DNA of 64,000 bases from NCBI GenBank assembly GCA_964542755.1, contig CAZIWL010000001.1, positions 48,234 through 112,233 on the forward strand, read 5' to 3'. Below are positions 26,007 through 36,319 of this stretch, piece by piece. Both the position numbers and the translations under genes were made by a program. The stretch comes from an uncultured Anaerolineales bacterium. GTDB taxonomy: Bacteria; Chloroflexota; Anaerolineae; B4-G1. Positions within the stretch are counted from its first letter, which is position 1. Each line of letters starts with the position of its first letter. The notes under the pieces are model-generated. The model was not told where the DNA came from. It worked only from the letters and a program-made list of their open reading frames with translations, and did not search any database.

Positions 26007-28253
26007 GTGATGAAGAAAGCCAAGAATACGGTCGGTTCCGAACACCGTCTTGCATGGATTCTGCTGACTAGTCTGTCCGCTCTGGCCCTGGTTGCGGTCC
26101 TGTCCCTGGCCCTGTCCCAGGCGGATGTCCGCGCCGAGCCTGCGCAAGAGACGGTCGCGGCGGTCCTGGAGCTAAGCAAGCAGGTGAATGAGGACACGGC
26201 GGCTCCGGGAGATACGTTGACCTATACGCTCCGGGTGGAGAACGTCGGGGACGTGGCCGCAGATGCCTGGTTGACTGACACGCTGCCTGACGGCTTGAGC
26301 TACGTGGTCGGCACCTTCAGTGCCACCAGCGGGGATTGGGGTGTCCAAGGACGGACGCTCACCTGGACGGCCGAGTTGGTCGGCTATAGCTACGCGACAC
26401 TGACCTTCAATGCCGAGATCTCGAGTGAGCTCACGTATGCCGAAATCGTCAATACAGCCGTGGTCACGGGAGCAGGAGAGCTGGTTCAGGATTCAGCTTC
26501 AACGACGGCTGCGGCCGACCTGGGCAACCTCGACACGGGGGCTACGTTGAAGAGTGTCTCCTCTGAGGAGGGTGAACCCGGCGACGTCTTGACCTACACC
26601 ATTCGCATTGAGAATACGGACGTTGGCAACCCCTATGACGTCCCCAATGTTCGGCTCACCGATACGTTGCCTGCTCATCTGACCTACGTCTCCGGTAGCC
26701 TCAGTGTCCTCGACCCGACGGCAAGCATCGGTGTCCACAACAACGTCATCACGTGGATGAACACGCTGGATTACCCCTCTTGGGACGAGATCCAGTTCAG
26801 TGTCGAGATCAGCCCGGGCGCACCTCGTGACAGCTGGATCACGAACACTGTGGAAATCGTCGCGCCGCTCCAGGCTTTCACGCGAACGGCGGGGACCTAC
26901 ATCCGTCCCGACCTACAATACGTCTACTTGCCCCTCCTCACCCGACGCTGGCCGCCGGTGCCCTATAAGCCGACGCTGGATGATATCAACAACCCCGACC
27001 AGAATGGAGACTACGCCGTTAGCTGGTCCTATGATGCCGGCCATCCAGATGTGACGGAGCCGGTCACCTATACACTCCAGGAGGCGACGCAGGAGGACCC
27101 CAGTGACTGGACCACCGTCTACGAGGGCTCAGGTACGTCGCAACCGTTCACGGATAAGGACGGCGGGACCTACTACTACCGGGTGCGCGGTCACAACGCG
27201 TTTGGGGCTGGCGAATGGAGCGATGTCAAGTCGACGTCGGTGATCGGCGAGCCCTTCGCGCCGGACCTGGATGAGATCGACAACGACGACGAAGATCAGA
27301 GCTACCGGGTCAGCTGGTCGTATGACGACAGCTATCCGGCTGCCACGCAGCCCGACAGCTACATCCTCGAGGAGGCGGAGAACGACGCCTTCACCGAGGA
27401 CTTGAGGACCTACGACCCAGCCACCGATGAGGACTGCGAGTTCGATGCTACCGGTGGTTACTGCGATCTCGACAACGATAGCGGAACGTACTACTATCGC
27501 GTGCGCGGACAGAACCAGCACGGTGTCGGGCCGTGGAGCGACGTGGAGGACGTCTACGTCTGGGAGTACGAGGACGATTTCAGCGACGAGGAGAGTGGGT
27601 GGCCGCGGCTGTGGGAGAGAACCCGTGGAGCCCTTTACCAGGTGGCGCCTTACGAGCATCCAGACTGCGGGCCCAACAAGGACTGCAAGTACGAGGATGG
27701 TCATGGGTACATCGTCGCCCGTCGCGCCGAGGAGAACCCTAGGGCGCTGTTCACGCCGGACGTGGAGATCCCCTCCACCAAGTATGGGCTGGAGGTGGAT
27801 GCGCGATGGTGGGAGGCATCCGTGAATGCCACCTACGAGATCTTCTTCTCCTCGGAGGACGACTTCGACACGTACTATGCTGTGAAAGTCCGGATCGACA
27901 ATCCCGATAAGCCCGGTGGCGAGCGGCCGAAATGTGAGTATCGTGTCTATCAGCGGACCGACGAGGGGGACGAGATCTTCACGGACTTCTGGAACAGGTC
28001 GGACAGCATCAACTGCGGCGTCGTGTACTGCAACGGCGACGACAGCTGTGGGAACACGGCCTGGAACGAGTGGAAGATCCAGCGGGATGACAATTGGATC
28101 AGTGTGGAGGTGAACGGCGACCTACTCTACAGCGGGAGGCACGACGACCCCCTCGGCGCTGATCGGGTCTTCGGCTTCGGGGCCACCAACTACGAAGGCT
28201 TCACTCCAGCAAAGCCGGTGTTCGACAAACTAGAGGTCGAGCTCGAGGACTAG
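26007..28253 (+). CDS. secreted cell-surface protein with 2 DUF11 (conserved repeat) domains and 2 Fn3-like domains
   Basis: Signal peptide; two LTYT.RV.N.G repeats; two YRV.W.Y..YYYRVRG.N..G.G.WSD units; RBS AAGGAG. Confidence 0.8.
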   Translation: MMKKAKNTVGSEHRLAWILLTSLSALALVAVLSLALSQADVRAEPAQETVAAVLELSKQVNEDTAAPGDTLTYTLRVENVGDVAADAWLTDTLPDGLSYVVGTFSATSGDWGVQGRTLTWTAELVGYSYATLTFNAEISSELTYAEIVNTAVVTGAGELVQDSASTTAAADLGNLDTGATLKSVSSEEGEPGDVLTYTIRIENTDVGNPYDVPNVRLTDTLPAHLTYVSGSLSVLDPTASIGVHNNVITWMNTLDYPSWDEIQFSVEISPGAPRDSWITNTVEIVAPLQAFTRTAGTYIRPDLQYVYLPLLTRRWPPVPYKPTLDDINNPDQNGDYAVSWSYDAGHPDVTEPVTYTLQEATQEDPSDWTTVYEGSGTSQPFTDKDGGTYYYRVRGHNAFGAGEWSDVKSTSVIGEPFAPDLDEIDNDDEDQSYRVSWSYDDSYPAATQPDSYILEEAENDAFTEDLRTYDPATDEDCEFDATGGYCDLDNDSGTYYYRVRGQNQHGVGPWSDVEDVYVWEYEDDFSDEESGWPRLWERTRGALYQVAPYEHPDCGPNKDCKYEDGHGYIVARRAEENPRALFTPDVEIPSTKYGLEVDARWWEASVNATYEIFFSSEDDFDTYYAVKVRIDNPDKPGGERPKCEYRVYQRTDEGDEIFTDFWNRSDSINCGVVYCNGDDSCGNTAWNEWKIQRDDNWISVEVNGDLLYSGRHDDPLGADRVFGFGATNYEGFTPAKPVFDKLEVELED

Positions 28254-28274
28254 ACAGCGTCGCGACACGTGAAA

Positions 28275-28302
28275 GAGGGGGAGGCGATTGGAGCCTCCCC
28301 CT
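28275..28302 (+). terminator. candidate terminator hairpin GGGGGAGGC/GCCTCCCCC
   Basis: 9-bp stem 20 nt after the stop codon, with a weak U-tract (TTGCACTG). Confidence 0.35.
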
Positions 28303-28353
28303 TGCACTGTCAGCGACTCCTGACATCCATTCCACCAGTGCGACCGGGGGACC

Positions 28354-29337
28354 ATGAATAGGCGTGCGCTCAACATCCTACGTGTGGTGATCAGCGTCGG
28401 AGCACTGGTCTTCCTCTTCTGGAAGGTCGTCAATCCTGATGAGACGTTGGGTGCTCTCGGTCAAGCCAACGTTCGTTATCTACTGCTGGCCCTCGGTCTC
28501 TACATCTCCAGCCTCGTGATCCGCGCCTTCCGCTGGTTTCTCCTCCTGCGAGGCCTCCACCTTCAGGTCTCGTTTTTCCGCCTAGTACGCCTCTACTTCA
28601 TCGGGCAGTTCTTCAGCAGCTTTCTACCCACTCAGTTCGGCGGGGACGTGATGCGCGCCTTGGAGCTGACCGAGGATACTGAGTCACCGGCCGCCGTCGG
28701 CACCGTCCTGTTGGACCGGATGACGGGTCTTCTCGTGTTGCTCCTGATGGGGCTGGCGGCCCTCCCGTTCCTGGCCGGACGAATGGAGCCGTGGCTCGTT
28801 TGGTTGCTGGTGGGCGTGGCTGGCGGCGGTCTTGTCGGCGGTGCCTTGGTGCTGGAGGGACGTTTCCTTCGATATCTGACCTCGTGGCTTCCCTCTAAGG
28901 TCAGCCTGAGCGGTGAAGGGGCTCTGGCCCAAATCTACGCCGCAGTGACCGGGTGCGGATGGAGGGCCGTCGCTGGTGCCTTCGGGGTCTCTGTGGTATT
29001 CAACCTGATCAACATCCTCATCAACTGGCTGTGCGGCATGGCCGTCGACGTGGGAGTAGGTCTCGGCTACTTCTTCATTGCCAGCCCCCTTCTGTCCGTA
29101 TCCGGAATGATACCCTCTATCGGTGGATGGGGTGTCCGCGAGGCCGTGAGCGCCGCGGTATTCTCCCCAATCGGCGCCGATGCTGACGTGGCTACAGCCC
29201 TGGCCATCTCGATCGGAGGCGTGACCCTGGCCACGGGACTTCTAGGAGGGTTCGTCTACGGCATCGAGCAGGTCCGTGGACTGCTGGGATCGCGAGGCAA
29301 CAAGCAGGCTGATCCAGGTGATCACGAGCTCCGGTAA
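28354..29337 (+). CDS. lysylphosphatidylglycerol-synthase-TM-region / flippase-like (UPF0104) membrane protein
   Basis: About 8 TM helices and a conserved FRWFLLLRGLHL..GQF.S motif typical of TIGR00374-type proteins. Confidence 0.75.
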   Translation: MNRRALNILRVVISVGALVFLFWKVVNPDETLGALGQANVRYLLLALGLYISSLVIRAFRWFLLLRGLHLQVSFFRLVRLYFIGQFFSSFLPTQFGGDVMRALELTEDTESPAAVGTVLLDRMTGLLVLLLMGLAALPFLAGRMEPWLVWLLVGVAGGGLVGGALVLEGRFLRYLTSWLPSKVSLSGEGALAQIYAAVTGCGWRAVAGAFGVSVVFNLINILINWLCGMAVDVGVGLGYFFIASPLLSVSGMIPSIGGWGVREAVSAAVFSPIGADADVATALAISIGGVTLATGLLGGFVYGIEQVRGLLGSRGNKQADPGDHELR

Positions 29338-30100
29338 CGACAAGGTCAAATACGTACGGAAGCTCCAGACCCAGAGGGACCTTCGTCACGCGGATCGGCG
29401 GCTCGTCCTGGAGGGGGTCCGTCTCGTGGAGGAGGTTACCCGGGCCAGCCTGGTTCCGTCCCTGGTCCTGCATACGGAGGACCTGACAGAGGGCGGGCGG
29501 GGCAAGGCGCTGCTAGTGACCTTGCGCGCCATGGAAGCCCCGACCTTCCAGGTCACCGACGAGGTTATGGCGTCGTGCTCCGACACGATGACGCCTCAGG
29601 GCATTGTCGCTGTGCTTCCGTTCCCCGAGTTTGCGCCTCCCCAGCCGCCAAGCTTCGTCCTCATCGCTGACAGGCTCCGAGATCCAGGGAACCTGGGTAC
29701 CCTTCTCCGGAGCGCCCTCGCTGCCGGGGTCGAGCAGGTCCTGTTGGCGCCCGGCACCGTGGACTTCAGCAATCCCAAGGTGGTTCGTTCCGCGATGGGC
29801 GCCCATCTCTGGCTCCCCATCCTCCACGCTGACTGGGATGCGGTTGCTGAGATAGTCGCTAGCTGCAACACGTGGCTGGCGGCTGGCGGCGGTCAGAGGA
29901 CCTACACAGAGGTGGACTGGACGACGCCCTCGGCCCTCATCGTGGGCAGCGAGGCCCACGGCGCCGGCGATCGGGCCGCGTCGCTCGCTCAGGGACGCAT
30001 CTCCATTCCGATATGCCCAGTCGTCGACTCCTTGAACGCGGCCACGGCCGCGTCGGTCATCCTGTTCGAAGCTGTGCGCCAGCGCGGGGTACCAGCCTAG
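29318..30100 (+). CDS. TrmH/SpoU-family RNA 2'-O-methyltransferase
   Basis: SpoU_sub_bind-like N-terminus, then the SPOUT catalytic domain (LIADRLRDPGNLGTLLRSA, IGSEAHG). GTG at 29318 is preferred over the ATG at 29276. Confidence 0.75.
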   Translation: MITSSGNDKVKYVRKLQTQRDLRHADRRLVLEGVRLVEEVTRASLVPSLVLHTEDLTEGGRGKALLVTLRAMEAPTFQVTDEVMASCSDTMTPQGIVAVLPFPEFAPPQPPSFVLIADRLRDPGNLGTLLRSALAAGVEQVLLAPGTVDFSNPKVVRSAMGAHLWLPILHADWDAVAEIVASCNTWLAAGGGQRTYTEVDWTTPSALIVGSEAHGAGDRAASLAQGRISIPICPVVDSLNAATAASVILFEAVRQRGVPA

Positions 30101-30234
30101 AGTCTTACCCGGGCGAGGCGGAAGCGCTGACCCAGGCTGCGATGCTTCCTGCCAAGACACGCTCTGGTCGGAGTGGATACATCGTGAGAGCCTGCTCCTT
30201 TCCAGGGCTCCCTGGGTTGACCCAATGGTCGAGC

Positions 30235-30263
30235 TTGACAAGAGCATGGTTCTGGGGCATAAT
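30235..30263 (+). promoter_or_regulatory. sigma70-like promoter TTGACA-17-CATAAT driving the T-box leader
   Basis: Consensus -35, 17-nt spacer, near-consensus -10. Confidence 0.45.
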
Positions 30264-30269
30264 CGATCG

Positions 30270-30585
30270 ATATAGGAAAGTGTCAAACAACAAAGGCTGT
30301 GACGGAGAAAAGTAGGTAGATGGAAGCCTCCAGGGAGGCGGGGCCTTGGACTGAGAGCCGCGCCGGGCAAGAACACTACCGGAGTTCGCTCCTGAGCCGA
30401 CGGGTGAACGAGGGATTGATGCGCTCCCCCAAGTAGCTCGCTCCGCAGGTCCAGCGTTATCGGGACAGCTGATCGCGCCTCGGTGCTGTCGGCGAGAGAG
30501 GTGGACCCGGACTGGGTCAATCAGGGTGGTACCGCGGGAGAACGATGCTCTCGTCCCTCAAGGGACGGGGGCTTTTTTGTTTTTG
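30270..30585 (+). promoter_or_regulatory. T-box riboswitch leader with a Phe specifier, controlling pheST
   Basis: Canonical T-box sequence AATCAGGGTGGTACCGCGGG at 30519..30538, immediately followed by an intrinsic terminator. A UUC codon sits in a candidate specifier loop GGAGUUCGCUCC at 30381..30392. An aminoacyl-tRNA synthetase operon lies downstream. Confidence 0.75.
30547..30585 (+). terminator. T-box terminator, 11-bp stem plus TTTTTTGTTTTTG
   Basis: GCTCTCGTCCC/GGGACGGGGGC stem followed by a U-run. Confidence 0.75.
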
Positions 30586-30827
30586 TAGGAGGCGCGCAAC
30601 CCCTCAGGGGCGCGATGTCGTTCTGCCCTCCATGCCGTCAGATCACGAGTAGGCGAGGCTGAGGGGTGTCTGATCCGATTTTCTTGGGTGGCCAGAGGCC
30701 GGGCGGGGGGGAGCCCGTAGTCGACGATCTCCTCGATCATGGCGTCCGGACATCCGGTTCGGCCCGTCTGTCGCGTGCCGAGGCTGGACGGAGACAAGCA
30801 CAGAGGATGGAGCTAAGGAGTTGACCG

Positions 30828-31850
30828 ATGCTCGATGAGCTAGAACGCGTTGAGGAGGAGGCCCGGGCCTCCCTGGAACAGGCAAAGCGCGGGGAGGAGC
30901 TGGAGGCGTGGCACAAGAAGTACCTGGGGAAGAAGGGCGCCATCACACAGATGCTGCGCTCCGTTGGCAACTTGCCCCGGGATGAGCGCCCCGCCTTCGG
31001 GCGCGCGGCGAACGCGGCCAAGCAGGCCCTTGAGCAGGCCTATGAAGCGCGCGCCGAGAGGCTGGAGCGAGAGGAGATGGCGTCGGAACTTGAGGAGGGC
31101 GCCATCGACGTCTCGCTCCCCGGGCGGCCCGTGGACTACGGCCACCTCCACCTGACCACCCAGAGTTTGCGCCGCATCTACGATATCTTCGGCGACATGG
31201 GCTTCCAGGTCTACGAGGCTCCCGAGGTGGAGACCGACGAATTCAACTTCGGCCTCCTCAATATGCCGCCCCATCATCCTGCCCGCGACATGTGGGATAC
31301 ATTCTGGGTCGACGACGGCATCGTGCTCCGGACCCACACCTCGCCGGGGCAGATTCGCGCCATGCACGAGTATTATCCCGAGCCCATCCGGGTGATCCTG
31401 CCAGGCAAGTGCTACCGGTACGAGCAGATCACGGCCCGATCTGAGCATCAGTTCTACCAGGTGGAGGGCCTGGCCGTCGGTCGGCACATCACCATGACCG
31501 ACCTGATCGGGACGTTGACCGAGTTCGCCGGCCGCTTCTACGGGGGGGTGCGCAACCTCCGCATCCGTGGCTCCTACTTCCCGTTCACGGAGCCCTCCAT
31601 CGAGGCCGATATCGACTGCATCCTGTGCGAGGGCGCGGGCTGTCGGGTGTGCAAGTATAGCGGCTGGCTGGAAATCGCCGGCGCCGGCATGGTCCACCCC
31701 GCCGTATTGGAGAACGGCGGGTATGATCCCGATGAATGGAGTGGCTTCGCTTTTGGCTTCGGCGTCGAACGCCCGGCTATGCTGAAGCACGGCATCGATG
31801 ATATCCGCCTCTTCTACGGCAATGATCTGCGCTTCCTGAGGCAGTTCTAG
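30828..31850 (+). CDS. pheS: phenylalanine--tRNA ligase alpha subunit
   Basis: Class II aaRS motifs, FGLLNMPPHHPARDMWDTF, RBS TAAGGAG. Confidence 0.95.
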   Translation: MLDELERVEEEARASLEQAKRGEELEAWHKKYLGKKGAITQMLRSVGNLPRDERPAFGRAANAAKQALEQAYEARAERLEREEMASELEEGAIDVSLPGRPVDYGHLHLTTQSLRRIYDIFGDMGFQVYEAPEVETDEFNFGLLNMPPHHPARDMWDTFWVDDGIVLRTHTSPGQIRAMHEYYPEPIRVILPGKCYRYEQITARSEHQFYQVEGLAVGRHITMTDLIGTLTEFAGRFYGGVRNLRIRGSYFPFTEPSIEADIDCILCEGAGCRVCKYSGWLEIAGAGMVHPAVLENGGYDPDEWSGFAFGFGVERPAMLKHGIDDIRLFYGNDLRFLRQF

Positions 31851-32181
31851 GCAAAGCTAGCGTGCTGAACGGCTAACCAGACCTGCCCACGGCGATGCGG
31901 TGCCGGGAACGCTGGTCAGGGACTCCCGCCGCATCGCGTTGCCGCCAGATGGTTCGGACGTGAGGGGAGTTACGATACGTGAATGGACGTCTCTCATCCA
32001 CAGGACCTATAGGGGCGTCCGGCCTTGGAGGACCTGATCGTGCTACACTCGACGATGCTATGTCGAGCTGCACAATCTTAGCCCAGCATGCGATGCAATC
32101 CTCATGCGATGGCGGCGATTGAGAATCTGGACTTACGCGGGGTCTAGGTTGCCTAAGATGAGTACATGAAGGAGATGTCCA

Positions 32182-34686
32182 GTGAGAGTTCCACTGTCTT
32201 GGTTGAATGACTATCTGAAGACCGACGTTTCCGTCGAAGAGCTGGCCGAGCGTCTCACCCTGGCCGGCCTGGAGGTCGAGACCATTGAGTATATCGGGCT
32301 TCCGCAGGCCGAGCTGCCCTGGAGTCCCGAGCACTTCGTCGTGGGCCAGGTCCGGGCTGTCCATGGCCATCCTAACGCGGACCGACTGGTCCTCGTCGAG
32401 GTGGACCATGGGCGTCCCGAGATGGAGGTCGTCGTGACTGGCGCTCCTAGCCTGGTCGAGCGTGAGGGTGAGGATGGGCTTCACCTTAAGGTCGCCTTTG
32501 CTCGGGAGGGCGCGCGGCTCTATGACGGGCACGCCCCGGACAAACAGGTGATGACCCTTCAAAAGGTCAAGATCCGCGGCATTCCGTCCCGGGCCATGGT
32601 TGCCTCGGAGAAGGAACTGGGGTTGTCTGACGAGCAGGTCGACATCCTCTACTTACCTGACGACGCGCCGGTCGGCACGCCCTTGGCTGGCTACATAGGC
32701 GACGCTGTGTTGGAGTTCGACATCAAGGGGCCTTTCGCCCACCTCAACTCGGTGATCGGTGTCGCGCGAGAGGCCGCGTCCTTGCTGGACGTTCCCCTCA
32801 AGCGCGAGGTCCTCAAGGTGCTGGACCGGCGCCCTGCCGAGCTGGCAGCCAACCCTGATTTCTTGAAGCTAGAGATCGCTGACCCCGATCTCTGTCCGCG
32901 CTACTCCGCCGCGTTCATCAAGGAGGTGGATGTCCAACCTTCCCCCTTCTGGATGCAGATGCGGCTGCGGCGGGCGGGCGTGCGTCCCATCAACAACATC
33001 GTGGACGTCACAAACTACGTCATGCTTGAGTTGGGCCAGCCTCTCCATGCTTTTGACTACAAGCTCCTACGATCCTGTCCGGGCGGGGACCGCCCAGCCA
33101 TCATCATTCGACGGGCAGAAGCCGGGGAACGGATGAAGACGCTGGATGGGCAGATGCGCACGTTCGACGAGGAGATGCTCCTGATCACCGACGGCGGCGG
33201 CCCGGTTGCCGTGGCGGGCGTCATGGGTGGCGAGGAGAGCGAGGTCTCCGAGCACACGGACACCGTCCTTCTGGAGTCGGCCAACTTCCACTATCTGAAC
33301 GTCCGGCGCACCTCTCGTGAGCTCGGCCTCTCCACGGAGTCGGGCCAGCGGTTCGGTCGTCGAGTCGATCCAGAGCTCACGGTAAGGGCCGCGGCGCGGG
33401 CGGCGTACCTGATGGCCGAGCTGGCGGGCGGGCAGGTCGCCCCTATCATCGGTGATCTCTATCCAGGGCGAAAACCGCAGCCGGTGATCCGTTTCGATCC
33501 GGCGTATGCCGCTCGCATTCTGGGCGTGGAGGTCCCCAGGGATGAGGTCGTGCGCATCCTCTCCTCTCTGGATTTCGAGGTCTCAGAACCATCGAAGGGG
33601 GATGTGCTGACGGTCGCTGTCCCATCGCACCGCCAGGACGTGACCAGGCCCATCGATCTCGTCGAAGAGGTAGGACGGATCTGGGGCTACGATCGCTTCC
33701 CCACCACCTTGCTGCGCGACGAATTGCCGCCCCAGAGAGAATCCATGCGGCTCAAGGGCGCTGAGCAAGTGCGCGATGTGTTGACCGGGTGCGGCCTGGA
33801 CGAGGTCATCACCTACTCCCTGACCAGTCTCGAGGAGGAGGCGCGGCTCAGTCCGGGTCAGCCGTTCCCGGATCCCGATACCTATCTCCAGCTCCGGAAT
33901 CCACTCTCGTCTGAACAGCATGTCCTGCGGCAGGCGCTCCTGCCCTCGCTGCTCAACGCCACGCGTCGGAATCTGCGTTTCTTGGACCGCGTGTCCATCT
34001 TCGAGATCGGTCGGATCTACGTGCCCGTGGAAGGGGCGGAGCTGCCGGACGAGCGTCAGCGGTTGGCGGCGGTTATGACCGGTCCTCGCGAGGAACGGTC
34101 TTGGCTGGAGCATCAAGACCGCGCCTGGATGGACTTCTTCGATCTTAAGGGCGTGGTCGAGACGTTGCTCTCCCGGTTGAGGGTGGACGTGGTGTTTGAC
34201 CCCGGGGAGCACGCCGCCTTCCACCCCGGCCGGTGTGCAGACGTTCGAGTCGCGGACCGCTCCGCCGGCGTCGTAGGTGAACTTCATCCGCTGGTACGTG
34301 AGGCATTTGAGCTGCCGGACCAGCCTGTCGGTGCTCTGACCTTTGACCTGGATGTGCTGCTGGCGGACTGGGGTAGCCCACGGGAGATGGTGGGCCTATC
34401 AACTCATCCACCGGTCTACGAGGATCTTGCCGTCGTAGTCGAAGCGGAGGTCCCAGCGGAACGCGTGCGTCGCGTCATCCGGCGTGCCGGCAGTCCCCTG
34501 GTGAGATCGGTCGAGCTCTTTGACGTCTACCGAGGTTCTCAGGTGGACGAGGGTAAGAAGAGCCTGGCTTACCGTCTCACGTATCAGGCTGAGGATAGGA
34601 CGCTCACGGATGGCGAGGTGGCAGAGGTACGCGCTGCCATAGTGGACGAGCTGAAGGACGCACTGAACGCGAGGTTGAGAAGCTGA
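32182..34686 (+). CDS. pheT: phenylalanine--tRNA ligase beta subunit
   Basis: GTG start with GAAGGAG RBS; tRNA-binding, B3/B4, B5 and FDX-ACB domains. Confidence 0.95.
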   Translation: MRVPLSWLNDYLKTDVSVEELAERLTLAGLEVETIEYIGLPQAELPWSPEHFVVGQVRAVHGHPNADRLVLVEVDHGRPEMEVVVTGAPSLVEREGEDGLHLKVAFAREGARLYDGHAPDKQVMTLQKVKIRGIPSRAMVASEKELGLSDEQVDILYLPDDAPVGTPLAGYIGDAVLEFDIKGPFAHLNSVIGVAREAASLLDVPLKREVLKVLDRRPAELAANPDFLKLEIADPDLCPRYSAAFIKEVDVQPSPFWMQMRLRRAGVRPINNIVDVTNYVMLELGQPLHAFDYKLLRSCPGGDRPAIIIRRAEAGERMKTLDGQMRTFDEEMLLITDGGGPVAVAGVMGGEESEVSEHTDTVLLESANFHYLNVRRTSRELGLSTESGQRFGRRVDPELTVRAAARAAYLMAELAGGQVAPIIGDLYPGRKPQPVIRFDPAYAARILGVEVPRDEVVRILSSLDFEVSEPSKGDVLTVAVPSHRQDVTRPIDLVEEVGRIWGYDRFPTTLLRDELPPQRESMRLKGAEQVRDVLTGCGLDEVITYSLTSLEEEARLSPGQPFPDPDTYLQLRNPLSSEQHVLRQALLPSLLNATRRNLRFLDRVSIFEIGRIYVPVEGAELPDERQRLAAVMTGPREERSWLEHQDRAWMDFFDLKGVVETLLSRLRVDVVFDPGEHAAFHPGRCADVRVADRSAGVVGELHPLVREAFELPDQPVGALTFDLDVLLADWGSPREMVGLSTHPPVYEDLAVVVEAEVPAERVRRVIRRAGSPLVRSVELFDVYRGSQVDEGKKSLAYRLTYQAEDRTLTDGEVAEVRAAIVDELKDALNARLRS

Positions 34687-34719
34687 CAGGTCTGCTGCAG
34701 ATCACTCTCGACCCGCTCG

Positions 34720-34761
34720 GTTCTCGAGCTGTCGCCCCACTGCGGGGGGCAGCTCGAGAAC
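34720..34761. terminator. 12-bp perfect inverted repeat between convergent genes, a possible bidirectional terminator
   Basis: GTTCTCGAGCTG...CAGCTCGAGAAC with a GC-rich inner hairpin; flanking U-tracts are weak. Confidence 0.4.
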
Positions 34762-34803
34762 GCTCTTCTGAGGCTGGCGTGGCGCTTGCTCCGCCAACCT
34801 CAG

Positions 34804-35367
34804 CTACTGTCCACCCCCGATCAGCCTCGTACGAAAGCTCAACAGACCGCGGAGCGCCTTCTGGCCCGCCGATGGGCGCTCGAGAGTCTCCAATCCCGCC
34901 TGATAGGTCGCCAGGCCCGCCTGACGATCGCCCGACTTCCATTGTTGAACACCCAGGGCGAGCAAGGTCTCACCCTGACGCTGGTCGTCGCCCACCTCCG
35001 CGAAGATAGTGGCGGCCTCCCGTAGAGACGCCACAGCCCTCTCCCGCTGCCCCTGGCTGGCGTACAGGCCGCCCAGATTGCCCAGCACCTGGGCCTCTCG
35101 ATCAATGTCACCTAGAGCGGCAAACGCGGACTGGGCCTCCTCAAGAGCAGCCACCGCCTCGTCCCACTGGCGCCGCATGCGGTGGACGATGCCCAGGTTG
35201 TTGAGCATCTCCGCCGCCTCCACGACGTCACCCTCCGAGCCGAATGCCTGACGGGCCTGTTCGAATCGCTCAGCGGCCTCCAGGTAGAGACCCTCTTGAA
35301 AGAGCCGCAGGCCCTCTTCCTTCATCTCTTGAGCCGACCTCGTCTGATCGGACGTCGTTTGGTCCAT
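34804..35367 (-). CDS. TPR-repeat protein
   Basis: 3 to 4 TPR units; start at MDQTTS with RBS GGAGG 7 nt upstream. Confidence 0.7.
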   Translation of the reverse strand: MDQTTSDQTRSAQEMKEEGLRLFQEGLYLEAAERFEQARQAFGSEGDVVEAAEMLNNLGIVHRMRRQWDEAVAALEEAQSAFAALGDIDREAQVLGNLGGLYASQGQRERAVASLREAATIFAEVGDDQRQGETLLALGVQQWKSGDRQAGLATYQAGLETLERPSAGQKALRGLLSFRTRLIGGGQ

Positions 35368-35436
35368 CTTCGCGCCTCCAGTCTTAGGTGCGTCTTGCGG
35401 GCCGACCGCAAGTCGAAGCAGCCTTCTCATCGGACG

Positions 35437-36108
35437 CTAGTAGGTGATCTCCAGCAGGCCCTCCGCGATCTCGCGGAGTCTACTCGCCGGCATGTGAGAG
35501 AGCTTCATGGCTAGCTCAAGGTACTTGACGTTGATCGGCTTGGCGACGAACGCCTTAATGTTCGAGGGGAGGTCCTGGAATCGACGGTCGATCTCCCGCT
35601 GCTGTTGCCTCGCCGCGATGGGGCCGTTCCCCTCATCCCGAAAGTAGTCCAGCGGCAGCTCCAGGGATCGCGCCAGCGTCTCAAGCTGAGTCACCGGGAT
35701 ACTACGTTTCCCAAGCTCATAGGCCTCAACCTCGTCCGTGGTGCAGCCGAGCCAATCGGCCAGGTCGTGATGGTCCAGGTCTGCCTCCAGCCGTGCCTGT
35801 CGGACCAGGGTGCCTATGATCCGGCGTCTGAGGCTAAGGATCGTGGCGAAATCTGGATCCCTTTCGTCCGTCGTCAGCTGAGAATGAGGATCGATGAAGT
35901 GGCTTACCGGCGCATCCAACACGTATCCAAGCACCTCGAGCTCAGGCAGTGAGATCGGTTCGCGGCCCTCCTCGTATGCTTCGATGTCGCTCTTGGAGAC
36001 GCCGAGGGCTTCCGCGCATTCCTCCAATGTGCATCCCTCGCGGCGCCGGGCGTCACGCAGGAGCACGCCGATCATGCGATTGCGGAGCGCCAGCCTTCTC
36101 TCATCCAT
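35437..36108 (-). CDS. XRE-family protein with two HTH domains
   Basis: Two Cro/C1-type HTH_3-like segments (..LEECAEALGVSKSDIEAYE.., ..HHDLADWLGCTTDEVEAYE..). Confidence 0.7.
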   Translation of the reverse strand: MDERRLALRNRMIGVLLRDARRREGCTLEECAEALGVSKSDIEAYEEGREPISLPELEVLGYVLDAPVSHFIDPHSQLTTDERDPDFATILSLRRRIIGTLVRQARLEADLDHHDLADWLGCTTDEVEAYELGKRSIPVTQLETLARSLELPLDYFRDEGNGPIAARQQQREIDRRFQDLPSNIKAFVAKPINVKYLELAMKLSHMPASRLREIAEGLLEITY

Positions 36109-36319
36109 GGGTTCCTCCTCTAAGCGGCTTGGGTCCGACCCGATTATAGCATGTCGCGTTTCGGCAGCAACAGCGCGCCAATTCTTCCACGGCGCCCGGG
36201 AGCACGGAACTCAACAGATTGGGTCCTGTCTCACCCCAGGTTACCGCGTCGTCGTGCGACGCGATGACCAGGGCGCAGCCTCATGGGGATCTGCTCCAAA
36301 TTGCCGGACCAACCCGGGC

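Noticed and set aside
29513-30520. 335-aa minus-strand ORF overlapping the TrmH gene and the T-box promoter region
   Set aside because: It is antisense to a confidently identified SPOUT methyltransferase and its product has no recognisable features.
30840-31790. 316-aa minus-strand ORF covering pheS
   Set aside because: Antisense to pheS, whose identity is unambiguous.
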